The notes below the pieces were generated by a model. It was not told where the DNA came from, made no database searches, and saw only the letters and a list, made by a program, of their open reading frames with translations. Below are positions 9,195 through 18,840 of a stretch of 64,000 bases of DNA, in pieces. The position numbers and the translations under genes are program-made. This stretch comes from Planctomycetota bacterium (GTDB lineage Bacteria > Planctomycetota > UBA11346), in the NCBI GenBank assembly GCA_038231435.1, contig JBBRLJ010000015.1:32001-96000 (forward strand), written 5' to 3'. How positions within the stretch are numbered: position 1 is the stretch's first letter; every line of letters begins with the position of its first letter.

Positions 9195-9361
9195 CCGCCG
9201 AGCTCCGGTTTGCGTGAACAATGGGCGAAGTCCATCACGCAAACGTTTTCGCGCGTAGCGCGAAAACGAGGAGCGGCAAAGGGCGGGGGCCCCGCACAAA
9301 ACGCCAGCGGCCAAAATGAAGCGCGACAAAGGCGCGCGGGGGCCCGGGGGCAGAGCCCCCG
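9195..9361 (-). repeat. Inverted copy of the REP-like multi-hairpin repeat, between convergent genes
   Basis: Reverse complement reads CGGGGGCTCTGCCCCCGGGCCCCCGCGCGCCTTTGTCGC...GTTTGCGTGATGGACTTCGCCCATTGTTCACGCAAACC. Confidence 0.9.
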
Positions 9362-9366
9362 AAACC

Positions 9367-10230
9367 TCAGTGCGGATAGGGAGTGATGCTGAAATTCACC
9401 GAAGTCTCGTACTTCGCTCCAGGCCCGAACCAGCTGTCGCAGATCACCTGCCAGCGGCCGTTCTCCCACAGTTCCTGGATGGCGCTGTCGAGCGCATCGC
9501 GCCAGCGCGATTGGTTCTCGGGTACCGCGATGCCGTACGGTTCGGTGGTGAAGCGGTCGCCAGCCAGACGGTAGGCGTCTGGCTCCCTGGCGTTCTTCAT
9601 CAGCCCGATGAGGATGAGGGTGTCGGTGGTGATCGCATCGACCTCGTCCTTGTCGAATCCGGCCATCAGCTCATCGAAATTGGCATAGACCTTGGTGGCG
9701 CAGTCGGGAGCAACCTGCTTCATGTAGTACGAGCTGGTCGAGCCCTTCACGCAGCCGACGGTCTTGCCGGCGAGGTCGAGGTAGCTCGCGATCGGCGACT
9801 CCTTCTTCACCAGCAGTCCCTCGCCGTCCTGGAAGTAGGGTAGGGTGAAATCGACCTTCTTCTCGCGGTAGCGGGTGATGGTCATCGACGCGACCACCAT
9901 GTCGACATCGCCATGCAGCAGGCGCTTGATGCGGTCGGCGCTGGTGACCGGCACGAACTCGACCTGCTCGATGCCGAGCTGCTTGGCGACCGCCATCGCG
10001 ATGTCGATGTCGAAGCCGACGTAGGTGTCGCCTGAGGCGACGCCGAACGGTGGCGTATCGGCCTTCACGCCGATGCGCACGCGCTTATCGGCCATCACGC
10101 GAGCGAATATGTCCTCGCGCGGCGCAGCGGCTGCCGCGGCAGCCGCTGCAGGAGCAGGACGATCGCCGTCGCACGCGGCGAGCAGCATGCCGAAGATAGC
10201 GAGCAGGAAGAGGCCGCAGCGGGTGCTCAT
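9367..10230 (-). CDS. Polar amino-acid ABC transporter substrate-binding lipoprotein (SBP family 3)
   Basis: LAAC lipobox, RIGVKADTPPFG, GFDIDIA, MTITRYRE..VDFTLPY and EPYGIAV. Confidence 0.9.
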   Translation of the reverse strand: MSTRCGLFLLAIFGMLLAACDGDRPAPAAAAAAAAAPREDIFARVMADKRVRIGVKADTPPFGVASGDTYVGFDIDIAMAVAKQLGIEQVEFVPVTSADRIKRLLHGDVDMVVASMTITRYREKKVDFTLPYFQDGEGLLVKKESPIASYLDLAGKTVGCVKGSTSSYYMKQVAPDCATKVYANFDELMAGFDKDEVDAITTDTLILIGLMKNAREPDAYRLAGDRFTTEPYGIAVPENQSRWRDALDSAIQELWENGRWQVICDSWFGPGAKYETSVNFSITPYPH

Positions 10231-10283
10231 CGGGGATTCCTGGGACGGGTGATGGCGGGATGGGCGGTGCAGGGTGCGCATGA

Positions 10284-11267
10284 TCATTCGAACCGACGCT
10301 GCTTGACCGAGCCGTAGCGCAGTTGCATGCATTCGCGCAGCTTCTCACCCAGCTTCTCGTCGTTCGGCTTCTTCTCGCACAGCGCGCTGTACTGCTGCAT
10401 CGCCTTCGACAGCACCACGAACGCCTTCTCGTACATCTGGTCGCGCTCGGGAGTGTTGCCCTTCGAGATCGCCTGGGCGTAGATGTCCTTGCCCTTGGCG
10501 AACACCGCGTCGGCGCCGGACTCGCTGCCATCGCTGGCGGGGACATCCTCGTCGGCGCTAGGGCTGGGCATCTTGTTCGCGCGCTTGGCCGACGCTTCGT
10601 CCGGGTAGTAGATCAGGCGCTGGGGATTCACGTTTGCGACGGCGCGGTGATCGGACGGGTAGTAGTATTTGCTGTCGAGCTCGGAGCAGAACGGTCCCTT
10701 CTTCTTGGCGGGCTCGCCCGGCGCCGGTGCCGGCGACGGAGCGGCGCTGGCGATCGGCGCGGATGCGGGCGCGTTCGCCGGAGCGTCTGGGGCATCGGTG
10801 GCTTCGACCTCGGCCCATGCGCCGGATCCCGACCACACGCCGGACTTGCCGGACTTGGCCCGCTCCTGGGCTTTGCGGATCGGCTCGTCGAATTGGGGCT
10901 CTGGGCGCGTCCCGGGCTTGTAGCGCGCGAAGCCGCCAGCCACGAGCACATCGTTGACGTTGGTCTTGTCGGGTAAAAGGAGTTGCACGCGCGCAATACC
11001 CTGGGCATCGACTCCGAAGCCGGATTTGTAGACCACCTCGACCTTCTTGCCCTTCACCAGCGAGGTCAACCGATCCTGGCAGGCTGCCTGCGCCGCGGGC
11101 TGCAGGGGCACGTCGAGATGCGCCAGCGACAGGCCCACCGGCAGTCCCTGGTACTGCACCACCACCCGGTCGGGCGCGGGCACCGAGAGGACGGGGAAGC
11201 TGTCGGCGGCGGGCACGGTCGAGGCCAGTGCCAGCAGTGCGAAAATGGCTAGGCGGGATGGCTTCAT
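10284..11267 (-). CDS. Secreted thermonuclease (SNase)-like protein with Ada-like domain, catalytic residues degenerate
   Basis: Signal peptide; LVKGKKVEV, NVNDVLVAGGFAR and AQERAK..KSGVWS match the SNase fold; SKYYYPSD..LIYYPDEASAK resembles the Ada metal-binding module. Confidence 0.7.
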   Translation of the reverse strand: MKPSRLAIFALLALASTVPAADSFPVLSVPAPDRVVVQYQGLPVGLSLAHLDVPLQPAAQAACQDRLTSLVKGKKVEVVYKSGFGVDAQGIARVQLLLPDKTNVNDVLVAGGFARYKPGTRPEPQFDEPIRKAQERAKSGKSGVWSGSGAWAEVEATDAPDAPANAPASAPIASAAPSPAPAPGEPAKKKGPFCSELDSKYYYPSDHRAVANVNPQRLIYYPDEASAKRANKMPSPSADEDVPASDGSESGADAVFAKGKDIYAQAISKGNTPERDQMYEKAFVVLSKAMQQYSALCEKKPNDEKLGEKLRECMQLRYGSVKQRRFE

Positions 11268-11400
11268 GCGGGCTCCTGCGAAAGATGCTGTGGGAGAGGG
11301 GATGGGAGAGTCAAGGGCCACCACCCCATCGAGCCGCCCGCCGTCGAGACTTCAGTGCCCCAGTTGTTCACGGCGCGGAACCAGTGTCCACCACCCTCGC

Positions 11401-14400
11401 TCAGCCGTCAGGGTCGTCCCATTCCATCATGAAGGGCAGGCGCTGGTGGGGATTGTCGCGAGCGAACCACATGCCGCCGTTGCCCGCGTCCAGGCGCACC
11501 GGACCGGACTTCTTCAGCTGATCGATGCTGGGATATTTCTGGAAGGTTGCCGCTTCGCCGTCCTCCCACCGCGCCTCGCCCCGGCTGTGCCGCAGACCGA
11601 TCCAGGCGGCGGCGCGCGGAGCGACCAGCGCGATCACCGCTTCCTGCTCGGCAAGCGAGGTGATGCTGGCGAGATGGCCACCGAGCGCCTGGCAGCGCGC
11701 GCTCGCCTCCTCCCAGGTCACGCACAGCGGCACGAAGATGTAGGCGTGGCCGGAGAGCCGCGCAGCGTGGGTCAGCAGCGAGGTCACGTCGCCCCGGCGC
11801 GCCTCGAGCACGGTGCGGGCCTGCTCGGCGAGCCCGGCATGGCTGCCGTCGGTCAGCCAGCGCTCGCGCGCGCGTTCGATCTCGGCGGCGGGGAACCTGC
11901 CGTCGTCGTACAGGAAGGTCTCCGGAGGATGCGCGAGCAGCGGAGCGAGGGAGGTGATGGGATTGCCCGCGCATAGCAGCGTATCGAGACTGCAATCAGC
12001 CAATGGCGAGAGGTCGACGATGCGGTTGTCGCAGCAGTCGAGGTGCTTGAGCCTGGATCCTGCGAGCGGCGAGAGGTCGGCGATCTCGTTGCCGCTCACG
12101 CCGAGTTCGATCAGGGACAGTCCGGCGAGCGGCGAGAGGTCGACGATGCGATTCTCCTCCAGGATGACTTCGCGCAGGGTGGACATGCCGGCGAGCGGCG
12201 CCAGGTCCACCACCTGGTTCATCTCGCACGCGAGGTGCTCGAGCGGCGCGCCCGTCAGGGGACCGATGTCGGAGATGCCGCAATCTCCGCACTCGATGAA
12301 GGTCAGCGGCGCACCGGCGAGGCCGGCCAGAGAACCGATACGATCGCCCGTGCACATCAGGCTGGTCAACGGGATGCCCTCGAGCGGCGCCAGCGAGGTG
12401 AGCGGGTTGGCGGTGACGAACAGGGATCTCAGCCGCTGGTTTCCGCGCAGCGGCGCCAGGTCCGACACCAGGTTGTCGTCGCACGACAGCGACTTCAGCG
12501 GCATGCCGGAGACAGGGCCCAGATCCTGGATGCGGTTGCCCGAGCAGGTGAGGTCCTCGAGCGCCATGCCGCGCAGCGGCTCGAGGCTCTCGAGGTGGTT
12601 GTCGCTGCAGCGGACGTTCACCGGATGCAGGTGTTGGATGCCGGCGAGGTTCCGCAGCGACATCCCCGACACATCCAAGCTATGGACCCCGGAGGTCCTC
12701 CCCACCCACTCGAGCAGCGCGGTCGCCGCGTCCTCGGGCAGGCCAGGCTGCTTCGAGCTCAGCAGGCGCAGCGCCATGCGCGTGTCGGGGTCGTACGAGA
12801 ACGCCGTCTTCAGCAAGCCGATCGCCTGTGCATGGTCCTGCGCCAGCCAGGCGTTCATGGCGTCGAGCTCGATCAGACGCCCGCGGTACCGGCAGTCCGG
12901 AAAATCCCGATCGAGGATGGCGCGCACCGCGGTCGCGATCGACGGGTCGCCGGCGCTCGATCTGCGCGCGGCGAAATACGCCTTGGTCAGCGCGGACTCA
13001 GCGAGCTGGGTGCGTGGATGGTCGCTGGCGATGATGCGGTAGCGGGCCACCGCATCGTCGAACTGCCCGCATTCGACCAGCGAGTCGCCGGCGATCAGCG
13101 GGCTCGCCTTCTCGGGCAGGGCCAGGCGCTCCACGGTCAGCGACAGCAGGCGCAGCGTGCTCGAGAAGGTGCGCAGGCCGATCGAGTCGAGCCCTCGGCC
13201 GGAAAGCGGCAGTGGGTCCTCGTCGCGCTGCACCAGTTGGCCGTCGACGCGCATCTCGAGCGTTTCACCGCGCCGTTGCAGCACCACCGTCTGGATGGCC
13301 GCCGGCCGCCATCGGCTCGGCACCGCGGCATTGATGCCCGCGATCTGGGCTTCCGGATTGCGCGAGATGAAATCGGACGCGCCGCGGTAGCCGCCGAATT
13401 GGCAAGAATATCCCGGTGGCACCCAGTACCAGAATGGCAGGGGCGCCTTGCGGCTGCCGATGCAGATCTCGACTCCATCGGGCTCGGGCATCGACAGCGT
13501 CGCGGTCACGCGCACGTCGCCGGTGAGTCGCACATCCTTCAGCCACAGCCATTCGAAGCGGGTGACCTCCAGGCCGTGCTGGTCGACACGCCACGGCGTG
13601 ATCGGAGTATCCATGCGCTGGTTCCAGAATTCCACTCCGCCCAAGTTGGAAGCATCGGTGAAGCGTTGAGCGTAGGCGACGGTCCAGTCGGCCCGCGACA
13701 GCTTGCGTTCGACCAGGGCATAGGCGGCGAAGGCGAGCGCCACCACCGCGATGGTGCACCCCAGAGCGACCGGCAGGCGGTGCTTGCGCACCCGCTTGAC
13801 CATGCGACCGAGCATGCCGATGCGCCGCGCCCGGACTGGTTCGCCATTGAGAAAGCGCGTGATGTCCGCGGCGAGGTCGGAGGCCGAGGCGTAGCGCCGC
13901 TCGGGCCGCTTCTCGAGGCACTGCAGCACGATGGCCTCGAGCTCGGCGGGGATCGAACGATCGAGCCGGCGGGGCAGCGGCGGCTCCTCGGCGACCACTG
14001 CGGTCATCACCACGTAGGCGGATTCGCCCACGAACGGCGGCCTACCGGTGAGCGCGTCGTAGAACATCGCGCCGAGTCCCCAGACATCGCTGCGCGGACC
14101 CACCTGCAGGCCCTGTGCCTGCTCGGGCGACATGTACGCGGGTGTGCCCACGGTGCGGCCGGGGAGCGTCACGGCGGATTCATGGGCAACCGAGCGGGCC
14201 AGGCCGAAGTCCGTGATGTGTGGTTCGTGCTGCGGATCGATGAGCACGTTCGCCGGCTTGAGATCGCGGTGCACGATACCGTGATCGTGCGCGTGCTGGA
14301 TGGCGCGCGCCACCTTGGCGATGGTCTCGGCGCGTTCGCGATAGGTGCGGCTCTCGGCGCGCAGCCAGACGTCGAAGGTGGAGCCCTCGATCAGCTCCAT

Positions 14401-14808
14401 GGTATAGAAGTCGATACCATCCTTGCGGTCGACGTCGTAGACCGGCACGATGTTGGGATGGCGCAGCCGCGCGGCTGCAGCCGACTCGATATGGAAGCGT
14501 TCGAGGTCCTCGCTGGTGATGCCCTGGTCGGTGCGCAGCAACTTGAGCGCCACCTTGCGATCGAGGTGCCGGTCGAGCGCCTCGTACACGACGCCCATGC
14601 TGCCGGCGGCGATATGGCGCAGGAGGAGGTAGTGGCCGAGCGAAGTCCCTGGCGCGGGCGGCGCCGGGCCGCGCGGCAGGCTGCTGGGCGACGCGGCGTG
14701 ATCGCCGCCGAGAGCAGACAGCGCCTCGGTGCAACGGGTCGCGATCGCCGCCTGATCCGTGCCAGGGGGTGTCATGGTCGCAGGCGCGTCGTGCGGATTC
14801 TCTGGCAT
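11401..14808 (-). CDS. Membrane Ser/Thr protein kinase with leucine-rich repeats and C-type lectin domain
   Basis: VALK, HRDLKPAN, DFG and GTPAYMSPE; TM helix; about 12 LxPLxGxxLxxLxxxxNxIxD repeats; TWEEASARCQALGGHLASITS..WIGL lectin motif. Confidence 0.9.
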   Translation of the reverse strand: MPENPHDAPATMTPPGTDQAAIATRCTEALSALGGDHAASPSSLPRGPAPPAPGTSLGHYLLLRHIAAGSMGVVYEALDRHLDRKVALKLLRTDQGITSEDLERFHIESAAAARLRHPNIVPVYDVDRKDGIDFYTMELIEGSTFDVWLRAESRTYRERAETIAKVARAIQHAHDHGIVHRDLKPANVLIDPQHEPHITDFGLARSVAHESAVTLPGRTVGTPAYMSPEQAQGLQVGPRSDVWGLGAMFYDALTGRPPFVGESAYVVMTAVVAEEPPLPRRLDRSIPAELEAIVLQCLEKRPERRYASASDLAADITRFLNGEPVRARRIGMLGRMVKRVRKHRLPVALGCTIAVVALAFAAYALVERKLSRADWTVAYAQRFTDASNLGGVEFWNQRMDTPITPWRVDQHGLEVTRFEWLWLKDVRLTGDVRVTATLSMPEPDGVEICIGSRKAPLPFWYWVPPGYSCQFGGYRGASDFISRNPEAQIAGINAAVPSRWRPAAIQTVVLQRRGETLEMRVDGQLVQRDEDPLPLSGRGLDSIGLRTFSSTLRLLSLTVERLALPEKASPLIAGDSLVECGQFDDAVARYRIIASDHPRTQLAESALTKAYFAARRSSAGDPSIATAVRAILDRDFPDCRYRGRLIELDAMNAWLAQDHAQAIGLLKTAFSYDPDTRMALRLLSSKQPGLPEDAATALLEWVGRTSGVHSLDVSGMSLRNLAGIQHLHPVNVRCSDNHLESLEPLRGMALEDLTCSGNRIQDLGPVSGMPLKSLSCDDNLVSDLAPLRGNQRLRSLFVTANPLTSLAPLEGIPLTSLMCTGDRIGSLAGLAGAPLTFIECGDCGISDIGPLTGAPLEHLACEMNQVVDLAPLAGMSTLREVILEENRIVDLSPLAGLSLIELGVSGNEIADLSPLAGSRLKHLDCCDNRIVDLSPLADCSLDTLLCAGNPITSLAPLLAHPPETFLYDDGRFPAAEIERARERWLTDGSHAGLAEQARTVLEARRGDVTSLLTHAARLSGHAYIFVPLCVTWEEASARCQALGGHLASITSLAEQEAVIALVAPRAAAWIGLRHSRGEARWEDGEAATFQKYPSIDQLKKSGPVRLDAGNGGMWFARDNPHQRLPFMMEWDDPDG

Positions 14809-15284
14809 CGAGTGATCGTGTCCCAGGGCGATCGGGAGAGCTCAGGGAAGTCTACACCATCGTCCGTGTTTTCCGCCGTCGGTAATGCCTGCGAGCAGCA
14901 TGCTGTGGGTTGCTCGATCCACGGCCAGGAAGACATAAGTAATGTTATAAATTATGGTTACGTCAGCAGCCTGATGGCGTGTGGTGCGCAAGCGCATCCG
15001 CGATGCACGTCGCGATCAGACGAACATCCGGACTTCCTCCGCTCGTGACCTCGTCGCACGGTCGGGCAGTGGAGCGACCAGGCCGTCGAGGTCGTGGAAC
15101 CGGGCAGCGACCACTTACCCTAAGAGCAATGGTAGTAGCATGTTGCAATATTTCACCGGTTTAGTGTGTGATTCAGCTAGGACAGGCCGGAGCTCCCGGA
15201 GCGTTTCACCGGCCCGCCCCGTCGGAGTTGACTGGCGAGGGCATGCGGTTGCCCCCGTCACCTGTCCAAATGGAGTCCCGGACC

Positions 15285-15689
15285 ATGCGCATCCCCCACG
15301 CCACGAACGTCTTCTGGCTCATCCTGCTGTTCATGACCGTGATGCCACGCCTGGACGCCGCCAGCGCTCCATCGCTCGAAGGCCAGGCCTTCACGATCAC
15401 CATCTTCTCTGAGCCGAAGAAGGTGATGGATAAGCTCACCTTCACCGCGAAGGAACTCGGCTGCGCGGCCATCGGCAATGCCAAGATCGCCTACACCGTG
15501 ACCCCCGACCCGAAGCATCCGAAGGACCTGAACTTCAGCGCCGAAACCAAGGACGCGCAAGGAACGCTGATCAAGATCACCGGCACCGCCTCGGGGAAGA
15601 TCGTCTCCGGCACCATCGACTTTACGCTGAAGAGCGGTGTGAAGAAGTCGCTGATGTTCTCGGGCGCCAAGGCCGGCGGAGGCAAGTAG
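15285..15689 (+). CDS. Small secreted hypothetical protein
   Basis: GGAG SD, signal peptide, Lys-rich beta-type sequence, typical codon usage. Confidence 0.7.
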   Translation: MRIPHATNVFWLILLFMTVMPRLDAASAPSLEGQAFTITIFSEPKKVMDKLTFTAKELGCAAIGNAKIAYTVTPDPKHPKDLNFSAETKDAQGTLIKITGTASGKIVSGTIDFTLKSGVKKSLMFSGAKAGGGK

Positions 15690-15694
15690 CGACG

Positions 15695-16234
15695 GTGGAC
15701 CTGTCGCCGACATCGGACCCGGATCGCGAGTCGATCGAGGCGCTCGTGCGCAACCACGAGCCCTACGTGCGCGGGCTTGCCGCACGTCTCGCCCCGACCA
15801 TCGCCGAGGGCGACGACATCGCCCAGGAATCCTTCCTGGTGCTGATCTGCAAGCGCAAGGATTTCGACCTCACCATCGACGTGAAGCCGCTGCTTGCCGC
15901 GATCGTGCGCAACCTCTCGCGCCAGGCGTGGGACCGTGCGATCCGCGACAACAAGCTCAGGCGCGACGAGCTCGCCGCCTACCTCGAAGAGATGGCCGCC
16001 GATGACGCGCCCTTGTACGAGAACTCGTGCAAGGATGCGCTGCGCAAATGCCTCGAGAAGACCACCGAGAAGGAGCGGGCGCTCTTGAACCTGCGCTATA
16101 CGGTCGGCTGCGATTCCCAGGACATCGCCGATCGCTTGTCGACCTCGGCCGAGGCGGTACGCATGGCGCTGGTGCGATTGCGCCAGCGCCTCAAGGGGTG
16201 CATCGAGAACACGCTCAAGGAGATGCCGGCATGA
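15695..16234 (+). CDS. ECF sigma-70 factor (Rhodopirellula/Verrucomicrobium-like family)
   Basis: DDIAQESFLVL, ALRKCLEK..ERALLNLRY and IADRL..SAEAVRMALVRLRQRLKGCIE. Confidence 0.88.
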   Translation: MDLSPTSDPDRESIEALVRNHEPYVRGLAARLAPTIAEGDDIAQESFLVLICKRKDFDLTIDVKPLLAAIVRNLSRQAWDRAIRDNKLRRDELAAYLEEMAADDAPLYENSCKDALRKCLEKTTEKERALLNLRYTVGCDSQDIADRLSTSAEAVRMALVRLRQRLKGCIENTLKEMPA

Positions 16235-17817
16235 GCTCCGCCGATCTCCACCTCGCCAGCCTGATCGAACGCCACCTCGAGGGCAACCTCGACGCGGACG
16301 GGCGCGCCGAGCTGTGCGGCCTGATCCGGGAGTCGCCCCAGGCGATGCAGCTGGTGCGCGAGCAAGCCGATCTCTCGACCATCCTCGCCGAGCATTTTTC
16401 CGGGGAAGAATTCACCGCCAGCACCGTGGACCGCATCCTCGCCGCGCGCGCCGGGCGCGACGCCCGCCCGATCGATCCGGCACGCGTCGTCTCCGCTCGT
16501 CACCGGCGGCCTCCGTCCGCGACGCGCAGCCGTGCCAGATCCGCCCCGGCCGATCCGGTCCGCCGGGAAACCCAGTTCCAGCGCATTGGTCTCGTTGCCG
16601 CGGGGTTGTGCGCACTGGTCGGTGGGATCCTGGTCGTGCACGAGCTCGGCCAGCCGACGCCGGTCGCGTCGATCCTCACCGATGCCGAAGGCACGGTGAC
16701 GCGCGGCGACCGTGAGATCGCCATCGCCGACGGTTCGCCGGTGATGGCGGGGGACGTCATCCACGTCGCCGACAGCGGACACGTGGACCTAGCCTATGCG
16801 GACGGCACTCGCCTGCGACTGTCCTCGAGGACGGTAGCCACGCTCGAACCCTCCAGTGACTCGGCTTCGGCCGGGAAGCGCGTCCATGTCCAGCATGGCG
16901 AGGTGGCGGCGCAGGTCGCCAAGCAGCCAGCCGGCTCGCCGATGGTGTTCACCTCCGACGATGCAGCGGCATCGGTGAACGGCGACAACCTGACCTTCGC
17001 CACCGCGACGGATGGCTCGCGGCTCGACGTCACCGCCGGGAAGGTGCGCCTGACGCGCGTCTCCGACGGCGCCAGCATCGACGTCGGCAACGGCGAGTTC
17101 GGCGTGGTCGCGTCTGGCAGCGAGCTGGTGGCCAAATCCAGCAAGCCCACGCCGAAGCCCGAGCCCGCGCTCGCGGGGGCGCAACAGAAGCAGGCCAACG
17201 CCAAGAAGCGGGTGTTGTTGCTGAGGCAGCATCCGACCGACGACCCGATGGTCGCCGCCCGCCTCGAGCATCTCGGTTACGATCTCCAGATCGTGTCCGA
17301 CAGTGCCGCGCAGGCCGCGGACGCGAATGGCATGTCACTGGTCGTGATTCCGGAGTCGGTGCTGGCGAGCAACGTGGGCACCAGATTCCGCGAGGTGAAG
17401 GTGCCGGTCCTGTGCTGGGAATCCGGACTGTGGGGCGACCTGGGAGAGAGTCGCGCTGGAGCGATCATCGAGAAGGATGCCAGCGTCGTCATCGCGGACG
17501 CCAAGAATCCGCTCGCACTGCGCTTCGCCGGAACGGGCAAGGTCTCGAACGCACCAGTCCACGCCGCCTTGGCGATGAAGAACGGCAAACCCCAGAAGGG
17601 CAAGATCGTCGTCCCGCCGGAACAGGATCCTCGCGCCATCGGCCTGTTCGCGTTCGACGCTGGCCAGGAGATGGACCAGGGGTTCAAGGCTCCCGCCCGG
17701 CGCGCGGGGTTTTCTCTGCACGGCACCGCCGAGGGTGCGCTCTCAGCCGAAGGCTGGGCCCTGTTCGACGCGGCGGTGCGCTGGTGCGCCGGCGATCCGC
17801 AGCCGCCCCGCAAGTGA
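16231..17817 (+). CDS. FecR-domain anti-sigma factor with periplasmic C-terminal domain
   Basis: ATGA overlap with sigma gene; LIERHLEGNL N-term, TM, LAYADGTRLRL..VAKQPAGSPMVF..LDVTAGKVRL FecR motifs. Confidence 0.82.
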   Translation: MSSADLHLASLIERHLEGNLDADGRAELCGLIRESPQAMQLVREQADLSTILAEHFSGEEFTASTVDRILAARAGRDARPIDPARVVSARHRRPPSATRSRARSAPADPVRRETQFQRIGLVAAGLCALVGGILVVHELGQPTPVASILTDAEGTVTRGDREIAIADGSPVMAGDVIHVADSGHVDLAYADGTRLRLSSRTVATLEPSSDSASAGKRVHVQHGEVAAQVAKQPAGSPMVFTSDDAAASVNGDNLTFATATDGSRLDVTAGKVRLTRVSDGASIDVGNGEFGVVASGSELVAKSSKPTPKPEPALAGAQQKQANAKKRVLLLRQHPTDDPMVAARLEHLGYDLQIVSDSAAQAADANGMSLVVIPESVLASNVGTRFREVKVPVLCWESGLWGDLGESRAGAIIEKDASVVIADAKNPLALRFAGTGKVSNAPVHAALAMKNGKPQKGKIVVPPEQDPRAIGLFAFDAGQEMDQGFKAPARRAGFSLHGTAEGALSAEGWALFDAAVRWCAGDPQPPRK

Positions 17818-17852
17818 ACCTCGACGGGGACCGCATCGGGAGCTCGACGGCG

Positions 17853-18635
17853 ATGACCTCGACGCTGGCGCGACTCAAGATCCTCGGCGAAGCCGAGGCT
17901 CAGAGCTTCATCGAGGACGGTTGGGTGGTGGTGAAGGAGGCCTTCCCGCGCGAGCTGGCCGAGCGCATCGCGCCGCTGTTCTGGCGCTACCTGCGCGAGA
18001 AGCCCGACGATCCCTCGACCTGGACCCAGGAGGGGGTGCTGATCAAGACCAACATTGCCGACGAGCCCGCGCCGCAGGTGGTGACCCAGCGTTATCGCGA
18101 CGTCGTCGACGACCTCTGCGGAGGGGGCCGTGCCTGGCTCGATCCTAGACTGGGTTACGCGCCGATCCGCTTTCCCGGCTTCTCGTCTCCGCCATGGGCC
18201 GCCACCGGCTGGCACGTCGATGGCAACTTCTTCCACCACCATGTCCACTCGCGGGAGCAGGGCCTGGTCGGTGTCGACCTGTTTACCGAGATAGACGAAG
18301 GTGGCGGCGGCACCGCCGTGCGCGTGGGCTCGCACCGCATCGTCTCGCGCATCCTCGCCGCCCACGAGCCGGGCGGCCTGTCTCCGGCGCAGCTCGGGCA
18401 GCTCGCGAACGTCGAAACCGCGCGCTGCCGGGTCGTCGAGATCCGCGGCGGTCCCGGCGACGCGGTGCTCATGCATCCGCATCTGGTGCATGGCAGCAGC
18501 ACGAATCTCAGCCGTAGGGTCCGGCTCGCCGCGAACCGCTGCGTGTCGCTCTCCGAGCCGATGCGGCTCGAGCGCGACGATGGATCGGCGTATTCGCTCG
18601 TCGAACTGGCGATCCGCGCAGCCCTGGTCGAGTGA
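17853..18635 (+). CDS. Phytanoyl-CoA dioxygenase family Fe(II)/2OG oxygenase
   Basis: FIEDGWVVV, WHVDG (HxD), GGGT..GSH and GDAVLMHPHLVHGS..R; GTG 17814 is an alternative start. Confidence 0.85.
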   Translation: MTSTLARLKILGEAEAQSFIEDGWVVVKEAFPRELAERIAPLFWRYLREKPDDPSTWTQEGVLIKTNIADEPAPQVVTQRYRDVVDDLCGGGRAWLDPRLGYAPIRFPGFSSPPWAATGWHVDGNFFHHHVHSREQGLVGVDLFTEIDEGGGGTAVRVGSHRIVSRILAAHEPGGLSPAQLGQLANVETARCRVVEIRGGPGDAVLMHPHLVHGSSTNLSRRVRLAANRCVSLSEPMRLERDDGSAYSLVELAIRAALVE

Positions 18636-18840
18636 AACGAGCCGCCCTCGACCTGGGGCACGTCGTTGGATGGCTCCTGGCTCCTTGGCTCCTGGTTGAT
18701 GAAGGCCGGATTCGATGACCAGGATGGGTCTCACAGCCCTAACAGAGGCTCGGTAGGGCCCGTCGGGGGGTGCACACGCGCAGCGTCGAGACCGCGGGTT
18801 CGATTCAACGTAACCATCGACCGGCGTATCATCTGAAGCG

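Noticed and set aside
12043..15048. 1001-aa plus-strand ORF and many similar long ORFs (e.g. 2748-4274, 22515-24866, 25635-28034, 59856-62069)
   Set aside because: Antisense shadows of well-supported genes, expected at high GC3; no recognisable motifs
18671..18696. GGCTCCT heptamer x3, and AGACATCCATCC x2 near 6405-6431
   Set aside because: Short intergenic low-complexity repeats with no evident function
18794..18810. GCGGGTTCGATTC resembling a tRNA T-loop
   Set aside because: No complementary T-stem, acceptor stem or cloverleaf
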